Below are positions 19,717 through 29,633 of a stretch of DNA of 64,000 nucleotides, in pieces. Position numbers and translations under genes: made by a program. How positions within the stretch are numbered: position 1 is the first letter of the stretch; every line of letters begins with the position of its first letter. The stretch comes from Candidatus Binatia bacterium. GTDB lineage: Bacteria > Desulfobacterota > Binatia > UBA12015. The stretch covers positions 27,221 through 91,220 of the forward strand of contig JAQWRY010000088.1 of NCBI GenBank assembly GCA_029243485.1, in the 5' to 3' direction. The notes under the pieces were generated by a model, which saw only the letters and a program-made list of their open reading frames with translations, made no database searches and had not been told where the DNA came from.

Positions 19717-21354
19717 ATGGAATTCAATTTCGCTGACGTTCACGAGACGATTGCCGCTTCCATTCCCGACCGCGAGGCCTTCGTCTTCCGCGACCGTCGG
19801 TTCACGCATGCCCAATTCGCGGCCCGGACCCGGCGTCTCGCCAACTACCTTCTGAGCCGAGGCCTGACGGTCCACACGGAGCGGAGAGAGTTGGCCGGGC
19901 ACGAGTCGGGTCAGGATCACGTCGCGCTCTATCTCTACAACGGCAACGAGTACCTCGAGGGGATGCTCGCGTCGTGGAAGGCGCGGCTGGCGTCGTTCAA
20001 CGTCAACTATCGGTACGTCGAAGAGGAGCTTCTCTATCTCTTCGAGAACTCGCAGGCGCGCGCGGTGATCTATCACGCCGAGTTCGCGCCGCAGATCGCC
20101 GCCATCCGCGAGAAGCTCCCGAGGTTGGAGGTTCTGATTCAGGTCTCCGACGACTCTGGGAACGGGCTGCTTCCGGGCGCCGTCGACTACGAGGAGGCGC
20201 TTGCCGGTTCGTCGGACGGGAAGCCGGATGTCACGCCCTCCGGCGACGACCTCTATCTCCTCTACACCGGCGGGACCACGGGAATGCCGAAGGGCGTTTT
20301 GTGGCGTTCGGCCGACATCTTCATCGCCGCGATGGGCGGCCGAAAGCCCGACGGCGTGATCCTCGCGTCCTACGAGGAACTCGCGGAGCAGGTGAAGGCG
20401 ATGGAAGGGATGCGGGGCCTCGTCGGTCCGCCGTTCATGCACGGTGCGGCGCAGTGGTCGAGCATGATCATGATGACCCTGGGGGCCTGTTTGGTTGTAC
20501 CCGACATTGTGAAGAAGCTGGACCCGGACGACTTTCTAACCAAGATCGGCGAAGAGAAGATCACCAGCATCACGATGGTGGGAGACGCCTTCGCGCGGCC
20601 GTTGCTCGATCAACTCGAGAAGAAGACGTACGACCTTTCCACCCTCTTCGTTCTGGGTTCCGGGGGCGCACCTCTTTCCACCAAGAACAAAGAGGCGCTC
20701 CTCGAGAAGATTCCGCACGGGATGATCTTCGATGGGATCGGGTCGTCCGAGACCGGCGCGCAGGCGACCAACACCTCCACGAAGGCCACCGGCGCGACGA
20801 CCGGCAAGTTCCAGCCCGGGCCCGGCGCCGGCGTCCTGTCCGAGGACCTCTCTCGAGTGCTCGAGCCGGGGAGTGAGGATATGGGTTGGTTTGCGCAGAG
20901 CGGCCGGGTCCCTCTCGGCTACTTCGGCGATCCGGAGAAGACTGCGCGCACCTTCCCGGTCGTGGACGGCGCGCGCTACTCGGTTCCGGGAGATAGGGCG
21001 AGGCACAAGGACGACGGTACGATCGAGGTGCTCGGTCGCGACTCGGTGACCATCAATTCCGGGGGAGAGAAGATCTTTGCCGAGGAGGTGGAGCAGGCGT
21101 TGAAGCAGCATCCGGATGTGTACGACACCGTCGTGACCGGCCGCGCCAGCGACCGTTGGGGGCAGGAGGTCGTAGCCGTCGTTCAGCTTCGAGCGGACGC
21201 GAAAACGGGTGCGGCGGAGCTTCTCGAAGAAGCCGCGAAACACATCGCGCGGTACAAGCTCCCGAAGTCGTTCGTCTTCCGGCCGAGTATCGTGCGGAGC
21301 CCGAGCGGCAAGGCCGACTATCGGTGGGCCAAAGAGCAGGCCGCGCAGAGTTGA
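19717..21354 (+). CDS. acyl-CoA synthetase (FadD3-like)
   Basis: N-terminus MEFNFADVHE…, AMP motif YTGGTTGMPKGV, C-terminal SGKADYRW. Confidence 0.85.
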   Translation: MEFNFADVHETIAASIPDREAFVFRDRRFTHAQFAARTRRLANYLLSRGLTVHTERRELAGHESGQDHVALYLYNGNEYLEGMLASWKARLASFNVNYRYVEEELLYLFENSQARAVIYHAEFAPQIAAIREKLPRLEVLIQVSDDSGNGLLPGAVDYEEALAGSSDGKPDVTPSGDDLYLLYTGGTTGMPKGVLWRSADIFIAAMGGRKPDGVILASYEELAEQVKAMEGMRGLVGPPFMHGAAQWSSMIMMTLGACLVVPDIVKKLDPDDFLTKIGEEKITSITMVGDAFARPLLDQLEKKTYDLSTLFVLGSGGAPLSTKNKEALLEKIPHGMIFDGIGSSETGAQATNTSTKATGATTGKFQPGPGAGVLSEDLSRVLEPGSEDMGWFAQSGRVPLGYFGDPEKTARTFPVVDGARYSVPGDRARHKDDGTIEVLGRDSVTINSGGEKIFAEEVEQALKQHPDVYDTVVTGRASDRWGQEVVAVVQLRADAKTGAAELLEEAAKHIARYKLPKSFVFRPSIVRSPSGKADYRWAKEQAAQS

Positions 21355-21361
21355 GCTGACG

Positions 21362-22564
21362 ATGACTCTTCCGGATTGGGGGCGCGCCGAGCCGTACGAG
21401 AACGTCTCGGGAGAGATCGGGATCGTCGGTGTAGGCGAGGCGGCCTACAGCAAGGCATCGGGTAGAACGAGCCGGGAGATCGCAGGGGATGCGGTCGCGC
21501 GTGCCCTCGAGGACGCGGGCCTCGAGCCGGGCGACGTCGACGGCATCACGCTCAGTCTCCTCGACACCGATTTCGACGCTGACGCGTTCCGAGAGCACTT
21601 CGGCACCTCCCAGGAGATCTGGGTGTCGCACTGCGGCGGCGGAATGACGTGGGCCGCCACCGCCGCCTACGATGCGGCCCTCGCCATTCGGCGGGGAGAT
21701 GCGAAGACCGTGGTGAACGTTTTCTCGGTGGATTGGGCGAGCAAGCGGGGCGAGATGGTCGGGGGCCCGGGGAAATTCCACGCCGAAGAGCTCTTCAAGC
21801 AGAACGTGGAGGTGCCGTTCGGCTGGTTCCCCCAACCGGTCTATTTCGCCTCGATCGCCCGGCGACACATGGCGGAGTTCGGCACGACCCAGGAGCAGCT
21901 CGGAGCCATCGCCGTCGCGTGCCGCCGCCATGCGAATCTGTCGACGAACGCAGTCATGCGCGAGAAGCCGCTCACGCTTGAGAAGTACCTCGCGAGCCCG
22001 CCGATCGCGGATCCGTTTCGGAAGGAAGACTGCTGTCTCATTTCCGATGGCGGCGCCGCCTACGTGATGACTTCGATCGAGCGCGCTCGAGACCTGCGCC
22101 GGCCACTCGTCGAGGTCGCAGGCGTAGGCCTCGGGACTTCGAAGACCGGTCGGTACTGGGCGCAGCAGCCGGACTTCACCGCGACGCCGCAGGTGTTCTC
22201 CGCGCCCACCGCGTTCGGAATGGCCGGACTCTCGCCGGCTGATGTCGATGTCCTGACTTGTTACGATCCGTTCACGATTGTCTCGCTCATGCAGATCGAG
22301 GACATGGGGTTCTGTTCGAAGGGGGAGGGAGGGCCATTCGTCGAAGGTCAGGCGCTGCACTTCGACGGCGGGAAGCTGCCGTACAACACCCACGGCGGAT
22401 TGCTCTCCCACGCGTACGTTCTCGGGATCGCCCACGTCGTCGAGGTCGTTCGGCAGCTCCGCGGGGAGTCGTCCGCGCAGGTGCCCGATGCTCGCGTCGG
22501 GATCTACGGCGGCTATACCGGCCCCCAGGCGTCGACCCTGATCCTGCGAACGGGAGATTCGTGA
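21362..22564 (+). CDS. SCP2-type thiolase-like protein (Ltp/aldolase-like, lipid-transfer protein family)
   Basis: 400 aa from MTLPDW. Thiolase fold with the GIVGVGEAAYSK N-terminus. Starts 8 nt after the ligase stop. Confidence 0.75.
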   Translation: MTLPDWGRAEPYENVSGEIGIVGVGEAAYSKASGRTSREIAGDAVARALEDAGLEPGDVDGITLSLLDTDFDADAFREHFGTSQEIWVSHCGGGMTWAATAAYDAALAIRRGDAKTVVNVFSVDWASKRGEMVGGPGKFHAEELFKQNVEVPFGWFPQPVYFASIARRHMAEFGTTQEQLGAIAVACRRHANLSTNAVMREKPLTLEKYLASPPIADPFRKEDCCLISDGGAAYVMTSIERARDLRRPLVEVAGVGLGTSKTGRYWAQQPDFTATPQVFSAPTAFGMAGLSPADVDVLTCYDPFTIVSLMQIEDMGFCSKGEGGPFVEGQALHFDGGKLPYNTHGGLLSHAYVLGIAHVVEVVRQLRGESSAQVPDARVGIYGGYTGPQASTLILRTGDS

Positions 22565-22995
22565 TGCGTGAGGGATTCCCTCTGCCCGATGTCGACTGGG
22601 AGCCGACCCGCGAGTTCTGGGCGGCCGCCGCACGCGAGGAACTCCGTATGCCGCGTTGCACGGCATGTCGCAGGTTCCACTGGTACCCGCAGGGCGCTTG
22701 CTCCCATTGTGGCGAAGAGTCGGTCGCGTGGGAGCGCATGAGTGGCTGCGCGCGCCTCTTTACTTGGGTCGTGCTCGAGCATGCCTTCCTGCCTCAGTAC
22801 GCCGGCAACCTGCCGTTCGTCAGTGCCCTGGTGACCCTCGACGAAGATGAGCGGGTTCGGCTCCCGACCCGCATCGTCGAGTGTGAGCCGGCGACGCTCG
22901 CGATCGACCAGCCGATGGAGGTCTGTTTCCGGACGCTTCGCTTCGATGGGGTGGAGGGAGAGGTCTTGGCGCCGTTCTTTCGTCCTGTCGGCTGA
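22564..22995 (+). CDS. DUF35 OB-fold/zinc-ribbon protein, partner of the SCP2-thiolase
   Basis: 143 aa. Zn-ribbon CTACRRFHWYPQGACSHC followed by an OB-fold. The start overlaps the thiolase stop (TGATG). Confidence 0.75.
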   Translation: MREGFPLPDVDWEPTREFWAAAAREELRMPRCTACRRFHWYPQGACSHCGEESVAWERMSGCARLFTWVVLEHAFLPQYAGNLPFVSALVTLDEDERVRLPTRIVECEPATLAIDQPMEVCFRTLRFDGVEGEVLAPFFRPVG

Positions 22996-23051
22996 TAGAT
23001 TGTTGCCTGAGGCGGGAGAAACGGGGAAAACTAGCTTGCTTGGCGCATGTA

Positions 23052-23070
23052 AATGGGAATAATTCCCATT
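23052..23070. promoter_or_regulatory. AT-rich perfect palindrome AATGGGAAT-A-ATTCCCATT upstream of 23105
   Basis: 9-bp inverted arms around a single central base, 35 bp upstream of the ATG, in DNA that is otherwise very GC-rich. Confidence 0.45.
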
Positions 23071-23104
23071 CACGAATCGACCCAGCATTCGGAGAAGAAC
23101 CCGT

Positions 23105-24307
23105 ATGAGCTTGTTGAAAATTGGAACCGGCGCCGGCGTCGTGGGGCTCGCGATTGCCACCGTCGTCGGTCTCGTACAGGCGCAGGATGTCCGTGAGTCT
23201 GGGTTGCAGATCACGGCGGATGAGAAGCGGACGCTCCTCAGCAAAGACGTGGGTACCGAGCGCTGGGCGATCACGCGCAACGCCGACGACATGTCGGTGA
23301 CCGGGAATGTGTTCTTCCCGTCTGGCGGCGATCCGCTGTTCGTTTTCTGTGAGCAGACCGGCACCGCAGGCAGCGATCTCCTTCTGGACTGCTTTGGTGC
23401 GGACGTCTGCGCGGGAGCCCCGTGCGGTGGCGATCAGTGGTCAGCGCTCGCGGCGGTCACGCTGCCCGAGGCGTTCTTTCTGCCGACGCCGGCATCGACG
23501 GTTGAGCTCAGCGAGGTGTTTGCTGCGGTCGCCGCGGCCGCGCAAGAGGCGGTCGAGTCTCGAGCCGGCGGCGTTCGCCAGTCGGGGCTTCAGGTGACGC
23601 CTGACGGTAGGCGTACGGTTCTCAGTAAGGACGTTGGGACGGAGCGCTGGGCTATCACGCGCAATGCAGACGACAACTCGGTGACCGGCAACGTCTTCTT
23701 CCCGTCCGGCGGCGATCCGCTCTTCGTGTTCTGTAACCAAACGGGAACTTCGGGGGAGGACCTCCTCCTCGAGTGTTTTGGCGCGGATGTCTGTCTGGCT
23801 GCGCCGTGCCCGGGCGATCAGTGGTCATTCCTGGCTGACGTGACGTTGCCGGAGTCGTTCTTCCTGCCCGACGGCACCACGCCTTCGCCGACGCCCGCGC
23901 CGACGCCCGCGCCTACGAACGGCCCGCTACCCACGGCGACGCCCGCACCGACGCCGAGCGACGGCGGGGTCTGCGGCAACGGCATCGTCGAAGGCGCCGA
24001 GGAGTGCGACGGCGTTGATCTCAACGGGGAGTCGTGCGACGGCCTCGTCTCGATTTTCGAGAACTGCACCTCCGGCGCCCTGGCTTGCAACTCGGACTGC
24101 ACCTACGATGCCACATCGTGCGTGTGTCCCTGCGTGGAGGATTTCGATTGCTTCTACGAGATCGATTGCGACGAGGCGGGCGACTTCTGCGGGTTCATCG
24201 AGGCGTGTGACGGCAGCAAGTGCATCACGACGCGGATCGGGTCGTCCGAGGTCTGTAATGGCTTCGATCCGGGGGACCCCGACCCGGACTTCCTCCGCTG
24301 CGACTAG
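23105..24307 (+). CDS. secreted protein: tandem duplicated ~100-aa domain, Pro/Thr linker, Myxococcus-type Cys-rich repeat module
   Basis: Signal peptide. Two repeats each carry SGLQ(I/V)T…TERWAITRNADD…GNVFFPSGGDPLFVFC…DQWS…TLPE(A/S)FFLP. A PTPAPTPAPT linker follows. The C-terminus has CGNGIVEGAEECDGVDLNGESCD and 16 more Cys. Confidence 0.75.
   Translation: MSLLKIGTGAGVVGLAIATVVGLVQAQDVRESGLQITADEKRTLLSKDVGTERWAITRNADDMSVTGNVFFPSGGDPLFVFCEQTGTAGSDLLLDCFGADVCAGAPCGGDQWSALAAVTLPEAFFLPTPASTVELSEVFAAVAAAAQEAVESRAGGVRQSGLQVTPDGRRTVLSKDVGTERWAITRNADDNSVTGNVFFPSGGDPLFVFCNQTGTSGEDLLLECFGADVCLAAPCPGDQWSFLADVTLPESFFLPDGTTPSPTPAPTPAPTNGPLPTATPAPTPSDGGVCGNGIVEGAEECDGVDLNGESCDGLVSIFENCTSGALACNSDCTYDATSCVCPCVEDFDCFYEIDCDEAGDFCGFIEACDGSKCITTRIGSSEVCNGFDPGDPDPDFLRCD
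23190..23870 (+). repeat. intragenic tandem duplication (two ~300-bp units, diverged mostly at synonymous sites)
   Basis: DNA units at ~23200-23500 and ~23570-23870 align throughout and encode near-identical protein repeats. Confidence 0.7.
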
Positions 24308-24372
24308 GCTCGGCTTGGGATCGGGCGCCCCCCGGGATCGACGGGGGGCGCCACATCCCATACGAATCGGGC

Positions 24373-25290
24373 ATGGCTGCCGAATTCACAGAGGAATCCG
24401 TCCCCGACCAAGGAGAACGCACGGCCTTCGTCACGGGAGCCAACAGCGGGATCGGTTTCGAAGCCGCACGGGTTCTCGCCGGCCGCGGCGCGCGGGTCCT
24501 GATCGGCTGTCGGTCGCCGGGACGTGCGGCCGGAGCGCGGGACCGGATTCTGTCCGCGCACCCGAGCGCCGACGTCGAAATCGTCGAACTCGATCTGGCG
24601 AGCCTCGCGTCCGTACGTGAGGCCGCGGAGCGCGTAAGCGAGGAGCCGCGTCTCGATCTTTTGATCAACAACGCGGGGATCATGATCCCGCCGCGTGAGG
24701 AGACGAGCGACGGGTTCGAGTCTCAGTTCGGCGTGAATCATCTCGGGCACTTTGCACTGACGGGGTTGTTGCTCGACAAGGTGCGGAGCACGGCAGGCTC
24801 GCGGATCGTCTCAGTGAGCAGCAACGCACACAAGGGTGGGGCGATCGACTTCGACGACCTCCAGGCGGAGAAGTCGTACAGCAGGGTCGGCCGCTACAAC
24901 ATGAGCAAGCTCGCGAACCTGCTCTTCATCTTCGAGTTGCAGCGGCGGCTCGAGGCGGCGGGAGGGAAGACGATCGCGGTGGCGTGTCATCCGGGCGTCT
25001 CGGATACCGAACTGAAGCGCTACATTCCGAGCTGGGTCATGTTGTTTTCTCCAATCATGAACCTGATGTCGCACGATCCGCCGGAGGCGGCCCTCCCGAC
25101 GTTGCGGGCGGCGACCGATCCGGCCGCGGAAGGCGGACAGTACTTCGGGCCCTCGAACTTCTTCGAGTTCTACGGCCCGCCGATTCTCGTCGATCCGATC
25201 GCGGCGAGCCGCGACGAAGAGACCGCGCGTCGCCTGTGGGACGTCTCGATTGAGCTGACGGGCGTGGATCCCGGGCTCGCCGCCGGCTGA
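24373..25290 (+). CDS. SDR oxidoreductase (retinol dehydrogenase/WWOX-like classical SDR)
   Basis: TGANSGIGFE, NNAG, S…YxxSK. Confidence 0.85.
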   Translation: MAAEFTEESVPDQGERTAFVTGANSGIGFEAARVLAGRGARVLIGCRSPGRAAGARDRILSAHPSADVEIVELDLASLASVREAAERVSEEPRLDLLINNAGIMIPPREETSDGFESQFGVNHLGHFALTGLLLDKVRSTAGSRIVSVSSNAHKGGAIDFDDLQAEKSYSRVGRYNMSKLANLLFIFELQRRLEAAGGKTIAVACHPGVSDTELKRYIPSWVMLFSPIMNLMSHDPPEAALPTLRAATDPAAEGGQYFGPSNFFEFYGPPILVDPIAASRDEETARRLWDVSIELTGVDPGLAAG

Positions 25291-25305
25291 CCACGCTCCG
25301 AACGT

Positions 25306-26784
25306 TCAGTCGGCGAAGCCGAGGAGCAGGCCGTCCTTAAGCCGGGCCCGACGTCCGCAACTTTCGCGTTCCAGCACCTCGCCGAGGAGGGCCGGGTCCT
25401 CCGACTTGGCCCATGTGCGTCGCCCGTCGTCGAGCAGGCACGCGAAGCCGGCTTTCGAGGGCGCAGCGTCGTCGTACCGTAGTACGTACGTCTCGACGGT
25501 GGCCTCGCCCTCGTGGCCCGACACCGACTCTCTGTGCGGCAGCTTCTCGGCCTCGGCATCGAGGTCCGCGTACTGAAAGCCCGACGGTGCCGGCTCAGTC
25601 GAGTAGATGCCGAAGGCGTGCTTGGAGAAGGCGCCGCCGACGGAACTCACGAAGCCGAGGCTGCCCGGATCCCCGCGCAGGCGTTCCATCATCGTCGCGA
25701 TGGAGTGCAGCACGTAGCTGTTGAGCGGCGCACCGGCGTACGCAAGCCCGCCCGTCACGGTGAGGGGATCATCGAGTGAGAATCCGAGGGTTTCGGCGGC
25801 AACCTGCACTGCCGCCGGGAAGCAGCTGTAGAGATCCACGTGCGCAAAGTCGGCCGGCTCATGCCCGGACAGTTGGAGAGCGCGCTTGCCGGCAAGCTCG
25901 AGTGCCGGAACGCCCCGGAAGTCCATTCGGTGGGAGAGCAGAGGCGTCTCCATGCAGTCGGTCGCGGTTTGCAGGAAGACCCAGCGATCCCGAGGGACGC
26001 CGAGACGTTCGGCCAGCTCGGCCGAGCAGACGATCACCGCGGCGCCGAGGTCGACGACCATGTTGGCGCAGAGACGCTTCGTATATGGATACGAGATCAT
26101 CCGGTTGTCGGTGGTCTCGTCCCGGATCGTCTCGATGCTCGGCGCCTCGCGAGTCCAGGCGCACGGATTGGTTTCGGCCACGCGGGCGAAGCCATGCCAG
26201 AGTCGCGCGATGCGGTCGCGGTTGTCCTCGAGGCTCTCGCCGCGCGCCTGTCGCATCGCGTTCTCGTAGAGGGTGAAGATCGCGGCGGGTTGGCCGATTC
26301 CCGCGTCGAACTCGTCGCGGGTCATGCCGGGATCGTCTTTGCCGAAGTTGCGGTCCGGTTCCGGGGCCTCCGGTTGGGTCCACGCGAGCTCCTGCCCGGC
26401 CTTTTTCGCCTGTCGCTTGCTTCGCTCGGCTTCCGCGCCGACGACGAGGACCGCGTCGCGGACCCCCGCCGCGATATCGCGCGCGCCGTCGCTGATCATC
26501 CTCTGCACCATGTTCCCACTGATTGGGGACAAGGCGGTTTCGGCGCCGGGCGCGCCCAGGCGCTCCCGAAGAGCGTGGCCCGGGTTCGTATAGGGCCACA
26601 GGCCCTTCGGCACCCGAATCGAGTCGAGGTGGGTGAGGAGGGCACGGCAGCGTGCGTCGGCGGCCGCGCGCCGAGCCGCCTGCTCCATGAGTCCTAGGGG
26701 GTCGAGGGATCCTTCGTGGGATTCGTTGCGTTGTAGGATCTGGCCGGCTCCGACGAGGATCGGTGCCCGCGGATCAATCGACAT
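25306..26784 (-). CDS. thiolase-fold protein lacking the nucleophilic Cys (non-canonical ~490-aa thiolase-like family)
   Basis: 492 aa from MSIDPRAP. Thiolase-like N and C domains are present, but the position of the NRxCxSG Cys reads LSPISGNMVQ. Its ATG shares a base with the GST stop (TGATG). Confidence 0.6.
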   Translation of the reverse strand: MSIDPRAPILVGAGQILQRNESHEGSLDPLGLMEQAARRAAADARCRALLTHLDSIRVPKGLWPYTNPGHALRERLGAPGAETALSPISGNMVQRMISDGARDIAAGVRDAVLVVGAEAERSKRQAKKAGQELAWTQPEAPEPDRNFGKDDPGMTRDEFDAGIGQPAAIFTLYENAMRQARGESLEDNRDRIARLWHGFARVAETNPCAWTREAPSIETIRDETTDNRMISYPYTKRLCANMVVDLGAAVIVCSAELAERLGVPRDRWVFLQTATDCMETPLLSHRMDFRGVPALELAGKRALQLSGHEPADFAHVDLYSCFPAAVQVAAETLGFSLDDPLTVTGGLAYAGAPLNSYVLHSIATMMERLRGDPGSLGFVSSVGGAFSKHAFGIYSTEPAPSGFQYADLDAEAEKLPHRESVSGHEGEATVETYVLRYDDAAPSKAGFACLLDDGRRTWAKSEDPALLGEVLERESCGRRARLKDGLLLGFAD

Positions 26785-27812
26785 CAGGCGAACAGGGCTT
26801 CGCAGCCCGTTCCGGCGAGAATCGCATCCACCTTGGCGCGGTCGTCCGCCGACAGCGCGGCGTGGTGTTCGCGGAGCCACCGGAGGCACTTGGCCTGGTA
26901 GGGGAAGGGCTTCTGGGTCCAGGGGAGATCTTCGATCGTGGTCTCGACGCGCTCGGCGCCCTTCTGGATCGCTTCGGCATTTGCGAGGAGGAACGGGGTG
27001 TACACGCGGCCGACCTCGCAGAGCAGCGCCTTGATAGTCTCGGGTACGGCGTCGCTCTTGATCCAGTCGTCTTCGGTCGGCTCGAGCCCGGACAGTTCTT
27101 CGGCGCCCTCGACCCACGCGTAAACGCGCGGTGCCTCGGCGAGGGCAATCGCCGCGGGGGTGGGGTCGAACAGGACCAGACACGTGAGCTGCCCGAGGAA
27201 CGCGAAGTCACTCGACCCGGGGCGGTTCCCCATGAGGAACGGCTGCGTCTGCAGGTGTGCGTCGAACAACTTCAGGATCCGTTTGTAGCTTCCCTCGATC
27301 ACCGGTGCGGTGGTGTCGTTCGAGCCGACGACCCAGAGCCGATCGATCTGGCGCTTTGCGATGAAGTCGCAGAACGGCTTCACGTCTTCGTCGCTGACGT
27401 TGACCTGTCGCCAGAGCGGCAGGATCGAGGCCGCCTTGTCGACGTCCGCCTGGTAGTACCAGCGGTAGTGGAACATCGGCTTCGTGAGCCACTCGTCGGC
27501 GAAGTCCTCGAGGAGGGCATCGAGGAAGCCGATCACCGGATCGGTGGGGACGGCGTTGCGTCCCGCGAACTCTTTCTCGAAGCGCCGAATGAGCGGCGTC
27601 GAGTCGGTGACGGCGACCTCGTTCCCGGATTCATCGGGAAGGTAGAACGTCGGCAGGAGCTCGACCTTGGGCTTGGGGCGAGCGGCGTGCTGGGGTCCAC
27701 CCTGCTGGATCATCCGATACGGGATGTGCCGGTAGCGCATGAGCGCTCTCATCTTGCGGGTGTACGGAGAGCCGGGTGCGCCCATCATCCAAAGCGGGGT
27801 CGGGATCGTCAT
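26784..27812 (-). CDS. glutathione S-transferase-like protein
   Basis: N-terminal thioredoxin-like MMGAPGSPYTRKMRALMRYRHIPY and a C-terminal helical GST domain. Confidence 0.65.
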   Translation of the reverse strand: MTIPTPLWMMGAPGSPYTRKMRALMRYRHIPYRMIQQGGPQHAARPKPKVELLPTFYLPDESGNEVAVTDSTPLIRRFEKEFAGRNAVPTDPVIGFLDALLEDFADEWLTKPMFHYRWYYQADVDKAASILPLWRQVNVSDEDVKPFCDFIAKRQIDRLWVVGSNDTTAPVIEGSYKRILKLFDAHLQTQPFLMGNRPGSSDFAFLGQLTCLVLFDPTPAAIALAEAPRVYAWVEGAEELSGLEPTEDDWIKSDAVPETIKALLCEVGRVYTPFLLANAEAIQKGAERVETTIEDLPWTQKPFPYQAKCLRWLREHHAALSADDRAKVDAILAGTGCEALFA

Positions 27813-27877
27813 GGGGCTGGATCATGGCCTATTGGCATGTCGCATGCCAGTAGAAGGTAGCCGGGCCGAACCGGGGC

Positions 27878-28726
27878 TCACGAGTAGCCGAGGCGGGGCG
27901 GGCGACCGCTGGTGGGGGTGGGGGGTAAGTCGTTGCTCCGGCGGGGCCACACGATGGGGGACACGTCGCCGGCGATTGGTTGGCCGACCTCAATTTTTTG
28001 GCGATCGGGCACGATGTGGGGGACCGCAGACCGGCGCAGGCAGCCGTCGGCGAAGTAGATCACGCAGTAGACCCTTCGCGTGCTGGTGTCCGTGTTGGGT
28101 TCGGCGAAGTGCACGGTGAGGGAGTGGTGGAACACGACCGAGCCCGGATCGACCTCGACCCACACGGGTTCGATGTCGGCGATCGCTGGGTCGTTCAGGA
28201 TGTCGTACGGCTCCTGGAACAGGTGTGAGATGTCGCAGAAGCGCTCGAGGCCGGCGCGGTGTGAGCCGGGGACGTAGGCCATCGCACCTCGACCGCGACG
28301 CGAGCCGTCGAACGGAATCCACGCGGTCACCTGATTAGCGGGCTCGATCGGCCAGAAGGGACGATCCTGGTGGGCGTCCGTCTCGCGACCACCACCTTCC
28401 TTGTAAAGCGCTTGGTCGTGCCAGATTCGGACGGCGTCGGCGTCCAAGAGGCGCGTTGCCATCTCGCCGATGCGGGCGTCGAACGTGAGCGGTCGGACGT
28501 CGACGTTGTCCTCCCACAGGTTGATGCACTGGATGAAGCTCTGCTCGTAGATCGTCTTCTCGTCGAGCGAGCGAGTGTCGACCGATGCGCGTCCCGCCAC
28601 GGCGGCGTCGACGGCTGTGCCGAACGTCGCTCGCTCGGCTTCGGAGAACACGTCGTCGACGACGAGGAAGCCATCGCGGCGGAACGTCTCGATCTGTTCG
28701 TCGGTCAGGATTGCCGGAGTGCTCAC
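27878..28726 (-). CDS. phytanoyl-CoA dioxygenase (PhyH) family Fe(II)/2-oxoglutarate oxygenase
   Basis: WHQD…H facial-triad region and the overall PhyH pattern. Confidence 0.8.
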   Translation of the reverse strand: MSTPAILTDEQIETFRRDGFLVVDDVFSEAERATFGTAVDAAVAGRASVDTRSLDEKTIYEQSFIQCINLWEDNVDVRPLTFDARIGEMATRLLDADAVRIWHDQALYKEGGGRETDAHQDRPFWPIEPANQVTAWIPFDGSRRGRGAMAYVPGSHRAGLERFCDISHLFQEPYDILNDPAIADIEPVWVEVDPGSVVFHHSLTVHFAEPNTDTSTRRVYCVIYFADGCLRRSAVPHIVPDRQKIEVGQPIAGDVSPIVWPRRSNDLPPTPTSGRPPRLGYS

Positions 28727-29622
28727 AGCCAGGTCTCCATCAGATGGTCGCGCAGCGCGTTTGCGTCGACGCTGGTCGCTACGGTGATGTTGGGGGCACC
28801 ATCGATCGTCTCCGAAACGGCGTTGTCGTCGACATGGATACGGCGCTCTTCAAACGGGCAGAGCCCATCCTGTACGAGGACGGCGGCGGTGAGGGGGTCG
28901 TGCAACGCGACGCGGGGTTCGTCTCGTCCGAAGCGCTCGCGCAGGAAGCGCAGCCACTCGGCGCTCAGGGTCGAGATCTGGCGGGCGAGTGCGTCTCCGC
29001 CGGCGAGCTTCTCCACATCGCCGGGGGCGAGTGCGGTCCGAAACGTGACCTCGGCCGGCACGATCTTAGGCAGAGCGGGGTGGGACGCGCCGAGGACGTG
29101 TTGGACCGAGAGAGGGTCGCAGTACCAGTTCCACTCGGAGATGCCGGGAACCATCCCGTCGAGCATTACGTCGGCCAGCTTGCCGCCCATGATCGCGAGG
29201 GGCGGGAGGTCGACTCCGGCGCGCACGAGGGCTCCCAGGTTCGAGAGCGGCCCGATCGCCACGACGGCGTCCGGCTTCGCGGTTTCCAGCGCCGAGGCGA
29301 GCGCGTCGATACGGGCTTGGGCGTCACCGTCTTCGCGCGTTTGCATCTGCGGTTCGCGGCCCTCGAGGATGCCCCGACCCTCGTGCCCGAACATGAGCCC
29401 GATCCGGCCCTCGGTGAGGGGGACGCCCAGGCCGCTCTGCACCGGAACGTCCGAAGCTCCACCGGCGGCGAGGACGCCGCGTGCGATGTCGCTGCGCAGT
29501 TCGACGTCGCCGAAGACCGTCGAGACACCGACGAGCTCCAGCTCCGGATGGCGGAGCGCGTAGGCCAGGGTCAGCGCGTCGTCGACGTCGCTGCCGACGT
29601 CGGTATCGATCCAGATCCGCAT
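28723..29622 (-). CDS. nucleoside hydrolase (IU-NH family)
   Basis: N-terminal DTDVGSDVDDALTLAYAL aspartate cluster. The stop overlaps the PhyH start by 4 nt. Confidence 0.85.
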   Translation of the reverse strand: MRIWIDTDVGSDVDDALTLAYALRHPELELVGVSTVFGDVELRSDIARGVLAAGGASDVPVQSGLGVPLTEGRIGLMFGHEGRGILEGREPQMQTREDGDAQARIDALASALETAKPDAVVAIGPLSNLGALVRAGVDLPPLAIMGGKLADVMLDGMVPGISEWNWYCDPLSVQHVLGASHPALPKIVPAEVTFRTALAPGDVEKLAGGDALARQISTLSAEWLRFLRERFGRDEPRVALHDPLTAAVLVQDGLCPFEERRIHVDDNAVSETIDGAPNITVATSVDANALRDHLMETWL

Positions 29623-29633
29623 TGGGTTCCAGA

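Noticed and set aside
23190-23870. ~300-bp direct repeat, considered as a possible mobile element or assembly duplication.
   Set aside because: Both copies are in frame inside one ORF and differ mainly at synonymous sites. It is an intragenic domain duplication.
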